A DNA stretch of 64,000 nt. Source: Verrucomicrobiota bacterium. GTDB taxonomy: Bacteria; Verrucomicrobiota; Verrucomicrobiia; Limisphaerales; UBA8199. The stretch lies in the NCBI GenBank assembly GCA_035358715.1, contig DAOPPX010000005.1, positions 25 through 64,024 on the forward strand, read 5' to 3'. The notes under the pieces are model-generated. The model was not told the DNA's origin, made no database searches, and was given only the letters and a program-made list of their open reading frames with translations. A program made the position numbers and the translations under genes. Positions 54,787 through 63,316 of the stretch are shown piece by piece. Position 1 is the stretch's first letter, and every line of letters starts with the position of its first letter.

Positions 54787-54963
54787 TTAGCCGGTTGCTT
54801 TGTGTTCCATCCAGAACGGCGCCGTGGCGAACCAGACGAGCGCGGCGACCAGCAACCAAAGCTGGGCCGCCGGCAGCTCGATTCGGTCGGCAAAGAAAAG
54901 CACCGCCGGCAACAGGGTCGCCGCCAGCGCCACGTAGGAGATGATCTGCGCGATGCGTTTCAT
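54787..54963 (-). CDS. Small (58 aa) two-helix membrane protein, not in the ORF track (below 60 aa)
   Basis: Hand translation gives MKRIAQIISYVALAATLLPAVLFFADRIELPAAQLWLLVAALVWFATAPFWMEHKATG. The ATG lies 3 nt after the stop of the upstream permease gene. Confidence 0.55.
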   Translation of the reverse strand: MKRIAQIISYVALAATLLPAVLFFADRIELPAAQLWLLVAALVWFATAPFWMEHKATG

Positions 54964-54966
54964 GGC

Positions 54967-56367
54967 TTAAGCAGGCACAGGCCGCCCGGCGCGGCCCTGG
55001 AGCAACTTGCTCAACACGACGTAGAGCAATGACGTGACGAACCAGCCCGGCAGACCGACGAAGAAGATTTGGGTGCGGCCCGTCAGCACCAGCCCGGTGC
55101 AAACGCCCATCGTCAGCAGCCACGCCAGGCCAGCCGCCCAGTTGAACGAGATGCCGCGGGCGGTGGCAAAGTTGGAGCGCAGCCCGAGTTTTGGCAGCAC
55201 CCAGAAGTCCATGAAGATCACCGCCCCCATCGGCATGAGGATCATCCCCCAGAGCGCTACAAAATCCAGCAGGCGCATCGTCACGATGGGAAATATGGCA
55301 GTGACACTGGCAATGAGACCGGTGACCAGCGTCACCTTGAACCGGGAAGACTGAGGAATGAGCGATTGGAACGCGAGGCCGGCCCGGTAGAGCGTCGGGT
55401 TGGCGGTCGTCCAGCCGGCGCCGATTACGGCCAGCAGTCCAGCCACGCCGCACGCGCGATGCGCCAGCGGGCCGGGCAGAACGGCGGTGTTGCCCGGGTC
55501 CTGATGGAGCTGGACGGCGTAAAGCACAGAGGCGGCAATCCACGCCATGAAATGGCCGATGTACATCCCTGCCGCCGAGGTCAGGCCATACCAGGATTTC
55601 TTCGCATATCGCAGAACGGAGAGATCGGCCATGCCGATGTGCCACGCCATGTTGCAGAACCAGGCGAAGAACATCACGTGCCAGAAGGTGAACTTGACCT
55701 GCCCCGGCTGGGGCTCGCCGCCGATCCAGATCACCGTGCTGGCGATACGCCAGAAGTCTCCCGCCGAATGCAGCCCCATCTGGCGCAGGCCAATGATGCC
55801 AAAGACCACAAACATCAGCACCATCCACGGCGCCGCGATATTGGCGAAACGGGACACAAACCGGTAGCCATAAGCCGCGACGGCCGAGAACAGCACGCCC
55901 GTAATCAGCACGGCGACCACCCAGCCAACGCCAGTCGGCAAGGTGTCGGTCAACTGCGGCATCGGAAACTTGAAGTAGACCCCGAGCGCCGTGGCGGAGA
56001 CTGTTATCATCGCCCCCGCCAGGACGGTAAACATCACCCCGTTGGCCAGGCTGTAGAGCGTCACCAGGCGCCGGCCGCAAATCTGCTCAAGCTGATAATA
56101 GAGCGTCAGCCGCGCGCGGGTGGCGATGGGCGCAGTGAGGAACGTCCAGCTCAATACCGCCAGCAGGTTGCCGGCCAGCAGCCCAAAAACGAAGTTGAAG
56201 GCGCTCACGCCGGAGGCCAAAAACAGCGGGCCGATCATCAACTCCGTTCCGGCCACGTGCTCCCCCGCAAACTGCCCGATGTAGTTCTTCAGCCCGAGCA
56301 GGGCCTTCTGCGGCACCGGCTCCCGCTCATATTCGTTCACCGGATCGTGATGTGCGCCTTCAGTCAT
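54967..56367 (-). CDS. Polytopic permease, NCS1 / purine-cytosine permease-like (tentative)
   Basis: The 466-aa protein has about 12 TM helices. The N-terminus is EREPVPQKALLGLKNYIGQFAGEHVAGTELMIGPLF. Confidence 0.7.
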   Translation of the reverse strand: MTEGAHHDPVNEYEREPVPQKALLGLKNYIGQFAGEHVAGTELMIGPLFLASGVSAFNFVFGLLAGNLLAVLSWTFLTAPIATRARLTLYYQLEQICGRRLVTLYSLANGVMFTVLAGAMITVSATALGVYFKFPMPQLTDTLPTGVGWVVAVLITGVLFSAVAAYGYRFVSRFANIAAPWMVLMFVVFGIIGLRQMGLHSAGDFWRIASTVIWIGGEPQPGQVKFTFWHVMFFAWFCNMAWHIGMADLSVLRYAKKSWYGLTSAAGMYIGHFMAWIAASVLYAVQLHQDPGNTAVLPGPLAHRACGVAGLLAVIGAGWTTANPTLYRAGLAFQSLIPQSSRFKVTLVTGLIASVTAIFPIVTMRLLDFVALWGMILMPMGAVIFMDFWVLPKLGLRSNFATARGISFNWAAGLAWLLTMGVCTGLVLTGRTQIFFVGLPGWFVTSLLYVVLSKLLQGRAGRPVPA

Positions 56368-56447
56368 TGAGCCAACCAGGTCGCGCCCAGTATGGCCATC
56401 TCAGGCGGCTTGCGCACTGAAAAAAGTTCCAACACTCTGAAGCTGTT

Positions 56448-57386
56448 ATGATCCTCTGCATTGGAACAACGCCCGCGGCGCAACGGGTGATGGTCTTTCG
56501 GCGGCTCACGCTCGACGCGGTGAATCGCGCCGTGACGACCCTCGACGGTCCGGCGGGCAAATCGGTCAATGTCGCCAAGACACTCAAGGCGCTGGGAGAA
56601 CAACCGCTCGCCGTCGGGTTCCTCGGCGGCGACCGCGGGGACGAGGTGCGCGCCTTGCTCACCGCGCAGGGCATCGAGGTGGACTTCGTCGAGGTGCCCG
56701 CGCGCACGCGGCAGTGCGTCACCCTCCTCGACCAGACCGCCGGCACCATTACTGAACTGGTCGAAGAAGGCCAGCCGGTGGCGGCGGCGGATTACGAATC
56801 GCTCCTGGGCGTCATCCGGCGCCGCGCCAGCGGTTCCCGCGCCGTCGTGATGTCCGGCAGCATCACCCCGGGCGGGCCCGCGGATTTCTACTTTCACGGC
56901 ACCCAAATCGCACGAGAAGCCGGGGCACTGGCGGCGGTGGACGCGCAAGGCTCCGCCCTCGCCGAGGCGCTCAAGGCCGGGCCCGATCTCGTGAAGCCCA
57001 ACCGGTCGGAACTGGCAGCGACACTTGGGCGCGAACTCAAGGACGAAGCCGCTATCATCTCCGCCATGCACGCGCTGCGCGAGCGCGGCGCGCGGCGCGT
57101 AGTGGTCACAGCCGGCCAAGGACCCACGCTGGCGTACGATGGCCGGAACGGCTGGAGAATCCAGGCCCCGCGGATTGACGCGACGAACTCGACCGGCTCG
57201 GGCGATGCCTTTACGGCCGGGCTGGTCTGGCGGTTGGCGCGCGGGGACGACCTCGGCGAGGCCTGCCGCTGGGGTGCGGCCGCCGGCACCGCCAATGCCC
57301 TGACGCTGATGGCCGGCGAAGTCAACCGCAACGACGTCGAACGCCTCGCGCCGCAAGTGACCGTGGAACCATTGCGGGGCAGCTAG
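56448..57386 (+). CDS. PfkB-family sugar kinase (1-phosphofructokinase / tagatose-6-P kinase subfamily)
   Basis: MILCIGTTPAAQRVM, KPNRSEL and the C-terminal GSGDAFTAG motif are present. Confidence 0.88.
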   Translation: MILCIGTTPAAQRVMVFRRLTLDAVNRAVTTLDGPAGKSVNVAKTLKALGEQPLAVGFLGGDRGDEVRALLTAQGIEVDFVEVPARTRQCVTLLDQTAGTITELVEEGQPVAAADYESLLGVIRRRASGSRAVVMSGSITPGGPADFYFHGTQIAREAGALAAVDAQGSALAEALKAGPDLVKPNRSELAATLGRELKDEAAIISAMHALRERGARRVVVTAGQGPTLAYDGRNGWRIQAPRIDATNSTGSGDAFTAGLVWRLARGDDLGEACRWGAAAGTANALTLMAGEVNRNDVERLAPQVTVEPLRGS

Positions 57387-57593
57387 CCTCAGAAGGCCAG
57401 CCTTCGCCGCGGAGAGGCTTGCGGCGACGCAAATTCCGCGGCGCAATTTTCCTGCTTGCATAATGCGGCGGATGAGGCGAGGTTGCCTCCAGATGGGCGC
57501 GCTTGGAAAAGCGCCAGGGCGGCGAGAGTTCTTTGGAACGCAGGCGATAGCAGACTTTACCCTGCCTATGCTCGTGATTAGAAGCTATGTCCT

Positions 57594-57740
57594 TGAACCG
57601 TAGTTAATAAGTCATGGGGCTTTAACCGTGGTTGTGGCCGACAGGCCTTTACTGGAAGTCGAAAGCAATCCGGCGAGTCCCTCCTGTTTCTAATAAGTTC
57701 AAAGGAACTGTTACACACGGCACTGGCGGGGTTCTTTTTT
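57594..57740 (+). ncRNA. Candidate small RNA / structured element, copy B (paralog of 46160-46306)
   Basis: It has the same conserved 5' and 3' blocks as copy A and ends GGCGGGGTTCTTTTTT. It lies 208 nt downstream of the pfkB-family gene and 57 nt upstream of the rarA start. Confidence 0.35.
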
Positions 57741-57797
57741 GGGGGCAAGGGAGTTTTTCTTTTGGGCAACGCGAACTCGGGCTGTTATGGTGATTGC

Positions 57798-59183
57798 ATG
57801 TCGCGGGATGACCTGTTTTCCACCCCACCCGGGCCGCCATCGGCGGATGCGGGCGCCGGAGAGCCAAGCCCCTCCCGGCATCAGCCGCTGGCCGCGCGCA
57901 TGCGACCACGCAACCTGGGTGAGTTCGTCGGCCAATCCCCCATCCTCGGGCCGGGCCAATTGCTGCGCCGCGCCATCGAGGCCGACCGCATCCAGTCGCT
58001 GATCTTCTATGGTCCGCCGGGCACCGGCAAGACCTCCCTGGCGCAGATCATCGCCCGCCAGACCCGCAGCAAGTTCGAGCGGCTGAGCGGGGTCGAATCC
58101 AACGTTGCCGATATGCGCCGCGTGCTCGCACAGGCCGCCAACCGGCTCGAAAACAAGCGTCAATCCACGATCCTGTTCATTGACGAAATCCACCGCTTCA
58201 ACAAAGCGCAGCAAGACGTCCTGCTGCCGGACGTCGAGACCGGCGTGGTGCGCCTGATCGGCGCGACCACGCACAACCCCTTCTTCTTCGTCAACTCCCC
58301 CCTGGTCTCCCGCTCGCAGATCTTCGAGCTGCGGCCGTTGGCCGAGGACGATCTCCATCTGCTGCTCCAGCGGGCGCTGGCGGACCAGGAGCGCGGGCTG
58401 GGCTATCTCAAGGTCCGGGCGGATGAAGTGGCGCTGCGCCACCTGGCGAGGCTGTCCGATGGCGACGCGCGCAAGGCGCTAAACGCTCTGGAAATCGCCG
58501 TCCTGACCACCTCGCCGGCTCCCGACGGAGTGATCCACCTCGACCTCACGGTGGCGGAGCAGAGCATTCAGAAGAAGGCAGTCGTTTACGATGACGAAGA
58601 CGCCCACTACGACACGATCTCCGCCTTCATTAAATCCATGCGCGGGAGCGACCCGGACGCCACGCTCTACTGGCTGGCGAAGATGATTCACGCGGGCGAA
58701 GACCCGCGCTTTATTGCGCGGCGGATCGTGATCCACGCCGCCGAAGACGTCGGGCTGGCGGACCCGATGGCGCTGGTGCTGGCCAACGCCGCGTTTCAAG
58801 CGGCGGAGTTCATCGGCTGGCCGGAGGCGCGGATTCCGCTGGCGGAGGCGGCTATCTACATTGCCACGGCCAACAAGAGCAACAGCACCGTCATGGCCAT
58901 TGACGCGGCGATGAAAGATGTCGAATCCGGCCGCACGCTGGCGGTCCCCGAGCATTTGCGCGATGCCAGCTACCGGGGCGCCAGGCGGCTGGGCCACGGC
59001 AAGGGTTACCAGTACGCCCACGATCATCCGGGGCATTTCGTGGCCCAGGATTACCTCGGGGCGCTCAAGCGCTACTACGAGCCTACCGAGCAAGGGGTGG
59101 AGAGGAAGATCAAGGAGCGCCTGGACCAGTGGCGGGCGCTGACGGCCAAGGCGCAAATCCCCAAACCGAAATCCGAAGGATAG
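57798..59183 (+). CDS. rarA: Replication-associated recombination protein A (MgsA/RarA AAA+ ATPase)
   Basis: GPPGTGKTSLAQIIA, LFIDEIHRFNK and the C-terminal YQYAHD motif are present. Confidence 0.93.
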   Translation: MSRDDLFSTPPGPPSADAGAGEPSPSRHQPLAARMRPRNLGEFVGQSPILGPGQLLRRAIEADRIQSLIFYGPPGTGKTSLAQIIARQTRSKFERLSGVESNVADMRRVLAQAANRLENKRQSTILFIDEIHRFNKAQQDVLLPDVETGVVRLIGATTHNPFFFVNSPLVSRSQIFELRPLAEDDLHLLLQRALADQERGLGYLKVRADEVALRHLARLSDGDARKALNALEIAVLTTSPAPDGVIHLDLTVAEQSIQKKAVVYDDEDAHYDTISAFIKSMRGSDPDATLYWLAKMIHAGEDPRFIARRIVIHAAEDVGLADPMALVLANAAFQAAEFIGWPEARIPLAEAAIYIATANKSNSTVMAIDAAMKDVESGRTLAVPEHLRDASYRGARRLGHGKGYQYAHDHPGHFVAQDYLGALKRYYEPTEQGVERKIKERLDQWRALTAKAQIPKPKSEG

Positions 59184-59188
59184 ACAGC

Positions 59189-59827
59189 ATGGCGGCAAAC
59201 CAGGCGCATACGATTCGAGAGGCGAAACGAGCCTTGCGAACACGCGTTCGCGCCGAACTCGCGCGGCTGAGCCCGGCGGAACGCGCTGCCGAGTCGGCCC
59301 GGGCGTGCGCCCGCCTGGCGGCGCAGCCGCTGTGGCAAGCGGCGCAATGGGTGCTGCTCTTCGCGCCCCTGCCGCAAGAACTGGACGTGTGGCCACTGGT
59401 GACCGAGGCGCTCTCCGCCGGCAAGAACGTCGCCCTGCCCCGCTTCGTGGCCGAGACACAGACCTACGAGGCCTGCTCGATTCACAATGCCGAATCGGAC
59501 GTGCGCGTGGGCCACTTCGGCATTCGCGAGCCGAACCACCACTGCGTCCGGCTTGCCGCGCGCCGGCTGGACTTGATTCTGGTTCCGGGGGTGGCCTTTG
59601 ACCTGCGCGGCGCGCGGTTAGGCCAGGGCAAGGGCTACTACGACCGCTTGCTGAGGGAGTGGCGCGGAACGACCTGCGGGGTGGGGTTTGATCAGCAACT
59701 GGCAGACGAAGTTCCTCTCGAACCGCATGACGTGGTCCTGAACCGCCTCCTCACGCCAACCCGCTGGGTCGAGTTGCCGCCGGACGCTTTACGCCCGCGC
59801 CAACCCGGGGATTACCGGGGATACTGA
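59189..59827 (+). CDS. 5-formyltetrahydrofolate cyclo-ligase
   Basis: LDLILVPGVAFDLRGARLGQGKGYYDRLL is the family signature. I chose the ATG at 59189, after the rarA stop. Confidence 0.88.
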   Translation: MAANQAHTIREAKRALRTRVRAELARLSPAERAAESARACARLAAQPLWQAAQWVLLFAPLPQELDVWPLVTEALSAGKNVALPRFVAETQTYEACSIHNAESDVRVGHFGIREPNHHCVRLAARRLDLILVPGVAFDLRGARLGQGKGYYDRLLREWRGTTCGVGFDQQLADEVPLEPHDVVLNRLLTPTRWVELPPDALRPRQPGDYRGY

Positions 59828-59985
59828 TTGAACATGCCGCCCGGCAGGCCGGTTTCCCAGCCTTGCGGCCGATTCCAGGGCGTCTCTGACGCGTTTTCCG
59901 ACTCGGTGGTGGCGCAGCCGCCGCCAGCCACCGCCGCCACGACCACCAGCAGCAGAAACACCCAGCGCAAACTGGAATCAACCAT
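59812..59985 (-). CDS. Small (57 aa) lipoprotein
   Basis: MVDSSLRWVFLLLVVVAAVAGGGCATTESE... has a signal peptide plus lipobox (AGGGC). The ATG lies 2 nt after the upstream gene stop. Confidence 0.55.
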   Translation of the reverse strand: MVDSSLRWVFLLLVVVAAVAGGGCATTESENASETPWNRPQGWETGLPGGMFNQYPR

Positions 59986-59987
59986 CC

Positions 59988-60755
59988 TCACGAAGCGGGG
60001 TGGGCGGGAATAACGATGTCGCCCTCCATAACCTGTCCGAGTTCCCAACCGGGCATGACGTTGGCGATGCAGCGGTCCTTTTGCACGCTGCGCACGACCA
60101 CCTTGGCGACGAGCCGGCCATTGCGGTTTACCAGCAACTCGCCGCGCTCCAGGACGCCCTGGTCCTCGCCCACGTTGAGCACCACGAAATTCCACTTCGG
60201 ATCCGCCACCAGCACTTTGCCCTTCAGGGCCGCCGGCAGCGCCACGAAGAAGTTCGGGTCGCGGTACACGGAAAGCTCCGTGTCGAGCTTCTTGATCTTC
60301 TGGTTCAGGATCTTGTTCTCGGCTTCCGCCACTTGCAGGTTATCCTGGAGAGTCTTGAACTGTTTGTTCATGGCCAGGATCTGCTGGGGCGTGACGCCGG
60401 TCACCTTGTAGGACGCCAATTCCGCCTGGGCATCGTTTCGCTCCTGGCGGGTCTTGTTCAGATCCTCGGTCAGCTTGTCGGCGCGCTTGGTTTGAGCGAG
60501 CAGATCAGCTTCCGCCTTGTCCCTGGCAGCCACCGTCGTCTCCAACTCTTCCTTGGTGTCCTTCAGCTCTTTGGTGCGGGTGTCCAGATCCTTCTTGGTA
60601 ACCTTGTACTTGCCCTCAAATTCCAGGTGAAGCGCGGTCTCCCGGGCGAGGTCTGCCTGCAAAACAGTAATCTTCTCTTTGACCTTCAAGAAGTTCAGAA
60701 CGCCCACCGCCAACCCGGCGAGTATGGCCACGATTAAGCTGATTCGAATCAACAT
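59988..60755 (-). CDS. Hypothetical membrane-anchored coiled-coil protein
   Basis: The protein has an N-terminal TM segment (MLIRISLIVAILAGLAVGVLNF), a charged coiled coil of about 140 aa, and a beta-rich C-terminal domain. Confidence 0.7.
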   Translation of the reverse strand: MLIRISLIVAILAGLAVGVLNFLKVKEKITVLQADLARETALHLEFEGKYKVTKKDLDTRTKELKDTKEELETTVAARDKAEADLLAQTKRADKLTEDLNKTRQERNDAQAELASYKVTGVTPQQILAMNKQFKTLQDNLQVAEAENKILNQKIKKLDTELSVYRDPNFFVALPAALKGKVLVADPKWNFVVLNVGEDQGVLERGELLVNRNGRLVAKVVVRSVQKDRCIANVMPGWELGQVMEGDIVIPAHPAS

Positions 60756-60847
60756 GCTGCGGTGCTTGATTTAGTTATCGGGGCGAAATTAGGCGTTTCA
60801 GTCCGGCATGTCAACGCCCAAATCGGCCCAAAAACAAGCGGTCAATG

Positions 60848-61336
60848 TTACTCGTTTCGCTTCAAAACAACCAGCCAGGCGGTCGAATTCGGAGAGTTGC
60901 CCCCCAGAACCAGCATGTCCCCTTTCGGGAGGGCCTGTCTCCGCTTCATCACCTCTTTGCCCTTGCCGACGAGCAGGACTTCCACCTCGGACGTGCCGAG
61001 CTTGCTGAGCTTCACCTGGCATTTGTCGCTCAACGTGACCTCCCTGGTCGCGCCTTGCGCCACCTCGAAGTCCACCCGCTTGACCTCGTACCAATTGGCC
61101 CATTTGAGCGGCAGGGATTTGAGCTTCTGGCGGATGCCAGGATTGACCGGCTGATACCTCTTGCCTTCCGGCGGTTTGCTGTCATCGGTGCCCCAGAGCA
61201 GGAATGCCTGCAGTTTCATGTCGGCCGCCTGCGCGCCGGACCCGGCGCCGGCCAGCAGCGCCAGCGCCAGTGGCAACCAAACGAGAGTGATCGCTGTCTT
61301 GAGTCTTGCTCTCATCAATGGCTCGATTGTACCCAT
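60848..61336 (-). CDS. Hypothetical secreted protein
   Basis: A signal peptide is present (…LVWLPLALALLAGAGSGAQAAD). I recognise no family. It lies downstream of the anti-sigma gene. Confidence 0.65.
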   Translation of the reverse strand: MGTIEPLMRARLKTAITLVWLPLALALLAGAGSGAQAADMKLQAFLLWGTDDSKPPEGKRYQPVNPGIRQKLKSLPLKWANWYEVKRVDFEVAQGATREVTLSDKCQVKLSKLGTSEVEVLLVGKGKEVMKRRQALPKGDMLVLGGNSPNSTAWLVVLKRNE

Positions 61337-61354
61337 CCTGGCGCTCTCCGCAAC

Positions 61355-61825
61355 CTACTTGTCGGCGGGATAAGAAAACCACACCAGCGTTGTGCCGGCC
61401 GAATAATCGCGGTAGGTGAACGCGCCGGCGTCGGCCAGAGCGAACTCCACCTCCGTCGCTGCCGACTGGCCGGCTGGCCGGGGGAGCATCAGCCCGGCGA
61501 TAACCAGCAGGGCAACCGCCGAAGCGGGAACAAGGAACCGGCGAAACCCGGCCAGCCACGATTCCCGCGGGGCGGGTGCCGGCGCCGCGGCCTCCCGGCG
61601 CGCAATTTCGCGCTCGATCTTCGACCAGAAGAACTCGCGCGTCTCGGGCAGCCGAATGTCCGCCTCGAAACCAGCGAGGGCGCTGCTGGTATTGCGCAAT
61701 TCCTCGGCCAGCGTCGCGGCGGCGCGGTCCCGGGCGGCCCAGTCGGCCACCTCGCGCGACTCGGCTTCGGCCAGCTCGCCGTCCAGCCAGGCCTGCAATT
61801 TCAACTGTGCATCATGATCCATCAC
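61355..61825 (-). CDS. Anti-sigma factor (single-pass)
   Basis: The N-terminus LQAWLDGELAEAESREV is typical of the anti-sigma N-domain, and there is a central TM segment. The start is either the GTG at 61825 or the ATG at 61822, and both overlap the sigma gene stop. Confidence 0.8.
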   Translation of the reverse strand: MMDHDAQLKLQAWLDGELAEAESREVADWAARDRAAATLAEELRNTSSALAGFEADIRLPETREFFWSKIEREIARREAAAPAPAPRESWLAGFRRFLVPASAVALLVIAGLMLPRPAGQSAATEVEFALADAGAFTYRDYSAGTTLVWFSYPADK

Positions 61826-62454
61826 TTCGAATCCGGTTCCCTCAAATCGGCCAGCAGAGCGGCCAGCTTCCGGCGCGCGTAAAACAGCCGCGACATGACT
61901 GTGCCAATCGAGCAGCCCATGGTGCGGGCAATCTCTTTATATTCCATGTCTTCAAATTCATTCAGCACCAGCACCGTGCGATGCTCGTGCGACAACTGGC
62001 CCAGTGCCCGGTCTATCCGCTGGCGTAGCTCGGCGCGCTCCAGCCCGGCGGTCGGGTTGGCGGTCACCACCGGCATCTGCCGCTCGACGCCGCCCGACTC
62101 TTCGTCGAGAGCCTCGATGGACTCGACCCGCTGCCGCTTTTGCCGGCGCAGCTCGTCCAGGCAGAGGTTGATGACGATCCGCGTCAGCCAGGTGCCGAAG
62201 CTCGAGTCGCCCTGGAACTGGCGCAGCCGCTGCCAGCCCTTCACCCACGCCTCTTGAGAAAGATCCAGCGCTTCCTGTTCATTGCGCATCATGCTGTAGG
62301 CGCGCGCGTAAATCTTGTCGCGGTGCCGCGCGACCAATTCCTCAAACGCCGCCATGTCGCCCCGCTGCGCCGCGTGCGTCAGCGTTCGATCATCGGCAGA
62401 GGAATGATCTTTGACGGCCATGAATTCGACGGCAGGGAAACTCCCCTTATTCAA
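61822..62454 (-). CDS. ECF-subfamily RNA polymerase sigma-70 factor
   Basis: Region 2 (FEELVARHRDKIYARAYSMMRNEQEALDLSQEAWVKGW) and the region 4 HTH (EYKEIARTMGCSIGTVMSRLFYARRKL) are both present. Confidence 0.92.
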   Translation of the reverse strand: MNKGSFPAVEFMAVKDHSSADDRTLTHAAQRGDMAAFEELVARHRDKIYARAYSMMRNEQEALDLSQEAWVKGWQRLRQFQGDSSFGTWLTRIVINLCLDELRRQKRQRVESIEALDEESGGVERQMPVVTANPTAGLERAELRQRIDRALGQLSHEHRTVLVLNEFEDMEYKEIARTMGCSIGTVMSRLFYARRKLAALLADLREPDSK

Positions 62455-62460
62455 CCCGGG

Positions 62461-63123
62461 CTACAATTTCCCCTTGGTGGTGGGCAGCCGCCCGGCCATC
62501 CGCGGATCCCGCCGGCAGGCCGCATCCACGGCCTTGGCGAAGGCCTTGAACAGGGCCTCGGCGATGTGGTGCGGCTCCTCGCCGTAGAGCAGCTCCAGGT
62601 GCAGGTTGCAGCGGGCTTCGTTGGTGAAGCCCTGAAAGAACTCGCGGGCGAGGCCGAACCGGAACGCGCTGGACATGTCTTGTTTTCTCTCCGCCTTGCT
62701 GACGCGCCTGTAGGCAAGGGCGTTCATTCCCCGCCAGACCAGGCAAGGCCGCCCGCCGAAGTCAACCACGCACCGCGCAAGGCATTCATCCATCGGTATA
62801 TACGCCTCGCCGGTAAAAGGGTTGCGCGGGTCAAAACCGGCCCCATAGCGGCGAATGCCCTTCTTATCCCCCAATGCCCGGGCAAACGCCTGACCCAGCG
62901 CGATGCCGCAGTCCTCCACGGTATGATGCGCATCCACCTCCAGGTCCCCCTGGCAGCACAGCTTCAAGTCCACCACCGCGTGCCTGGCAAACAAGGTCAG
63001 CATGTGGTCGAAGAAGGGTATGCCCGTTTGGATGGAGGACTGGCCGGTCCCGTCAATGTTCAGCGCGATCGCAATCCGGGTCTCTTTGGTTGCGCGGCGG
63101 ATGTCTGCCCGTCGGGATTTCAT
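62461..63123 (-). CDS. hisB: Imidazoleglycerol-phosphate dehydratase
   Basis: ATKETRIAIALNIDGTG, GIPFFDHML, DAHHTVED and EEPHHIAEALFKAF are present. I chose the ATG at 63123. The ORF-track extension upstream is junk-like. Confidence 0.93.
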   Translation of the reverse strand: MKSRRADIRRATKETRIAIALNIDGTGQSSIQTGIPFFDHMLTLFARHAVVDLKLCCQGDLEVDAHHTVEDCGIALGQAFARALGDKKGIRRYGAGFDPRNPFTGEAYIPMDECLARCVVDFGGRPCLVWRGMNALAYRRVSKAERKQDMSSAFRFGLAREFFQGFTNEARCNLHLELLYGEEPHHIAEALFKAFAKAVDAACRRDPRMAGRLPTTKGKL

Positions 63124-63316
63124 CTTGGGACCATTTAACCAAATGCCCCCCGCCAACACAAAGCCCAAACCGCCATCGCGGCCGCTCCAGCGCCGCCAAA
63201 GGCGGAGAGGGCGTTGCGAAGCGGCGCGGTGTTTCTCATCGGCCCGCTCGATCAGTTGGCGGGCGGCGCTGTTCGCCTCGCCCGCAACCGGAGCCGGGCC
63301 GGCCACAGGCGCCGGC

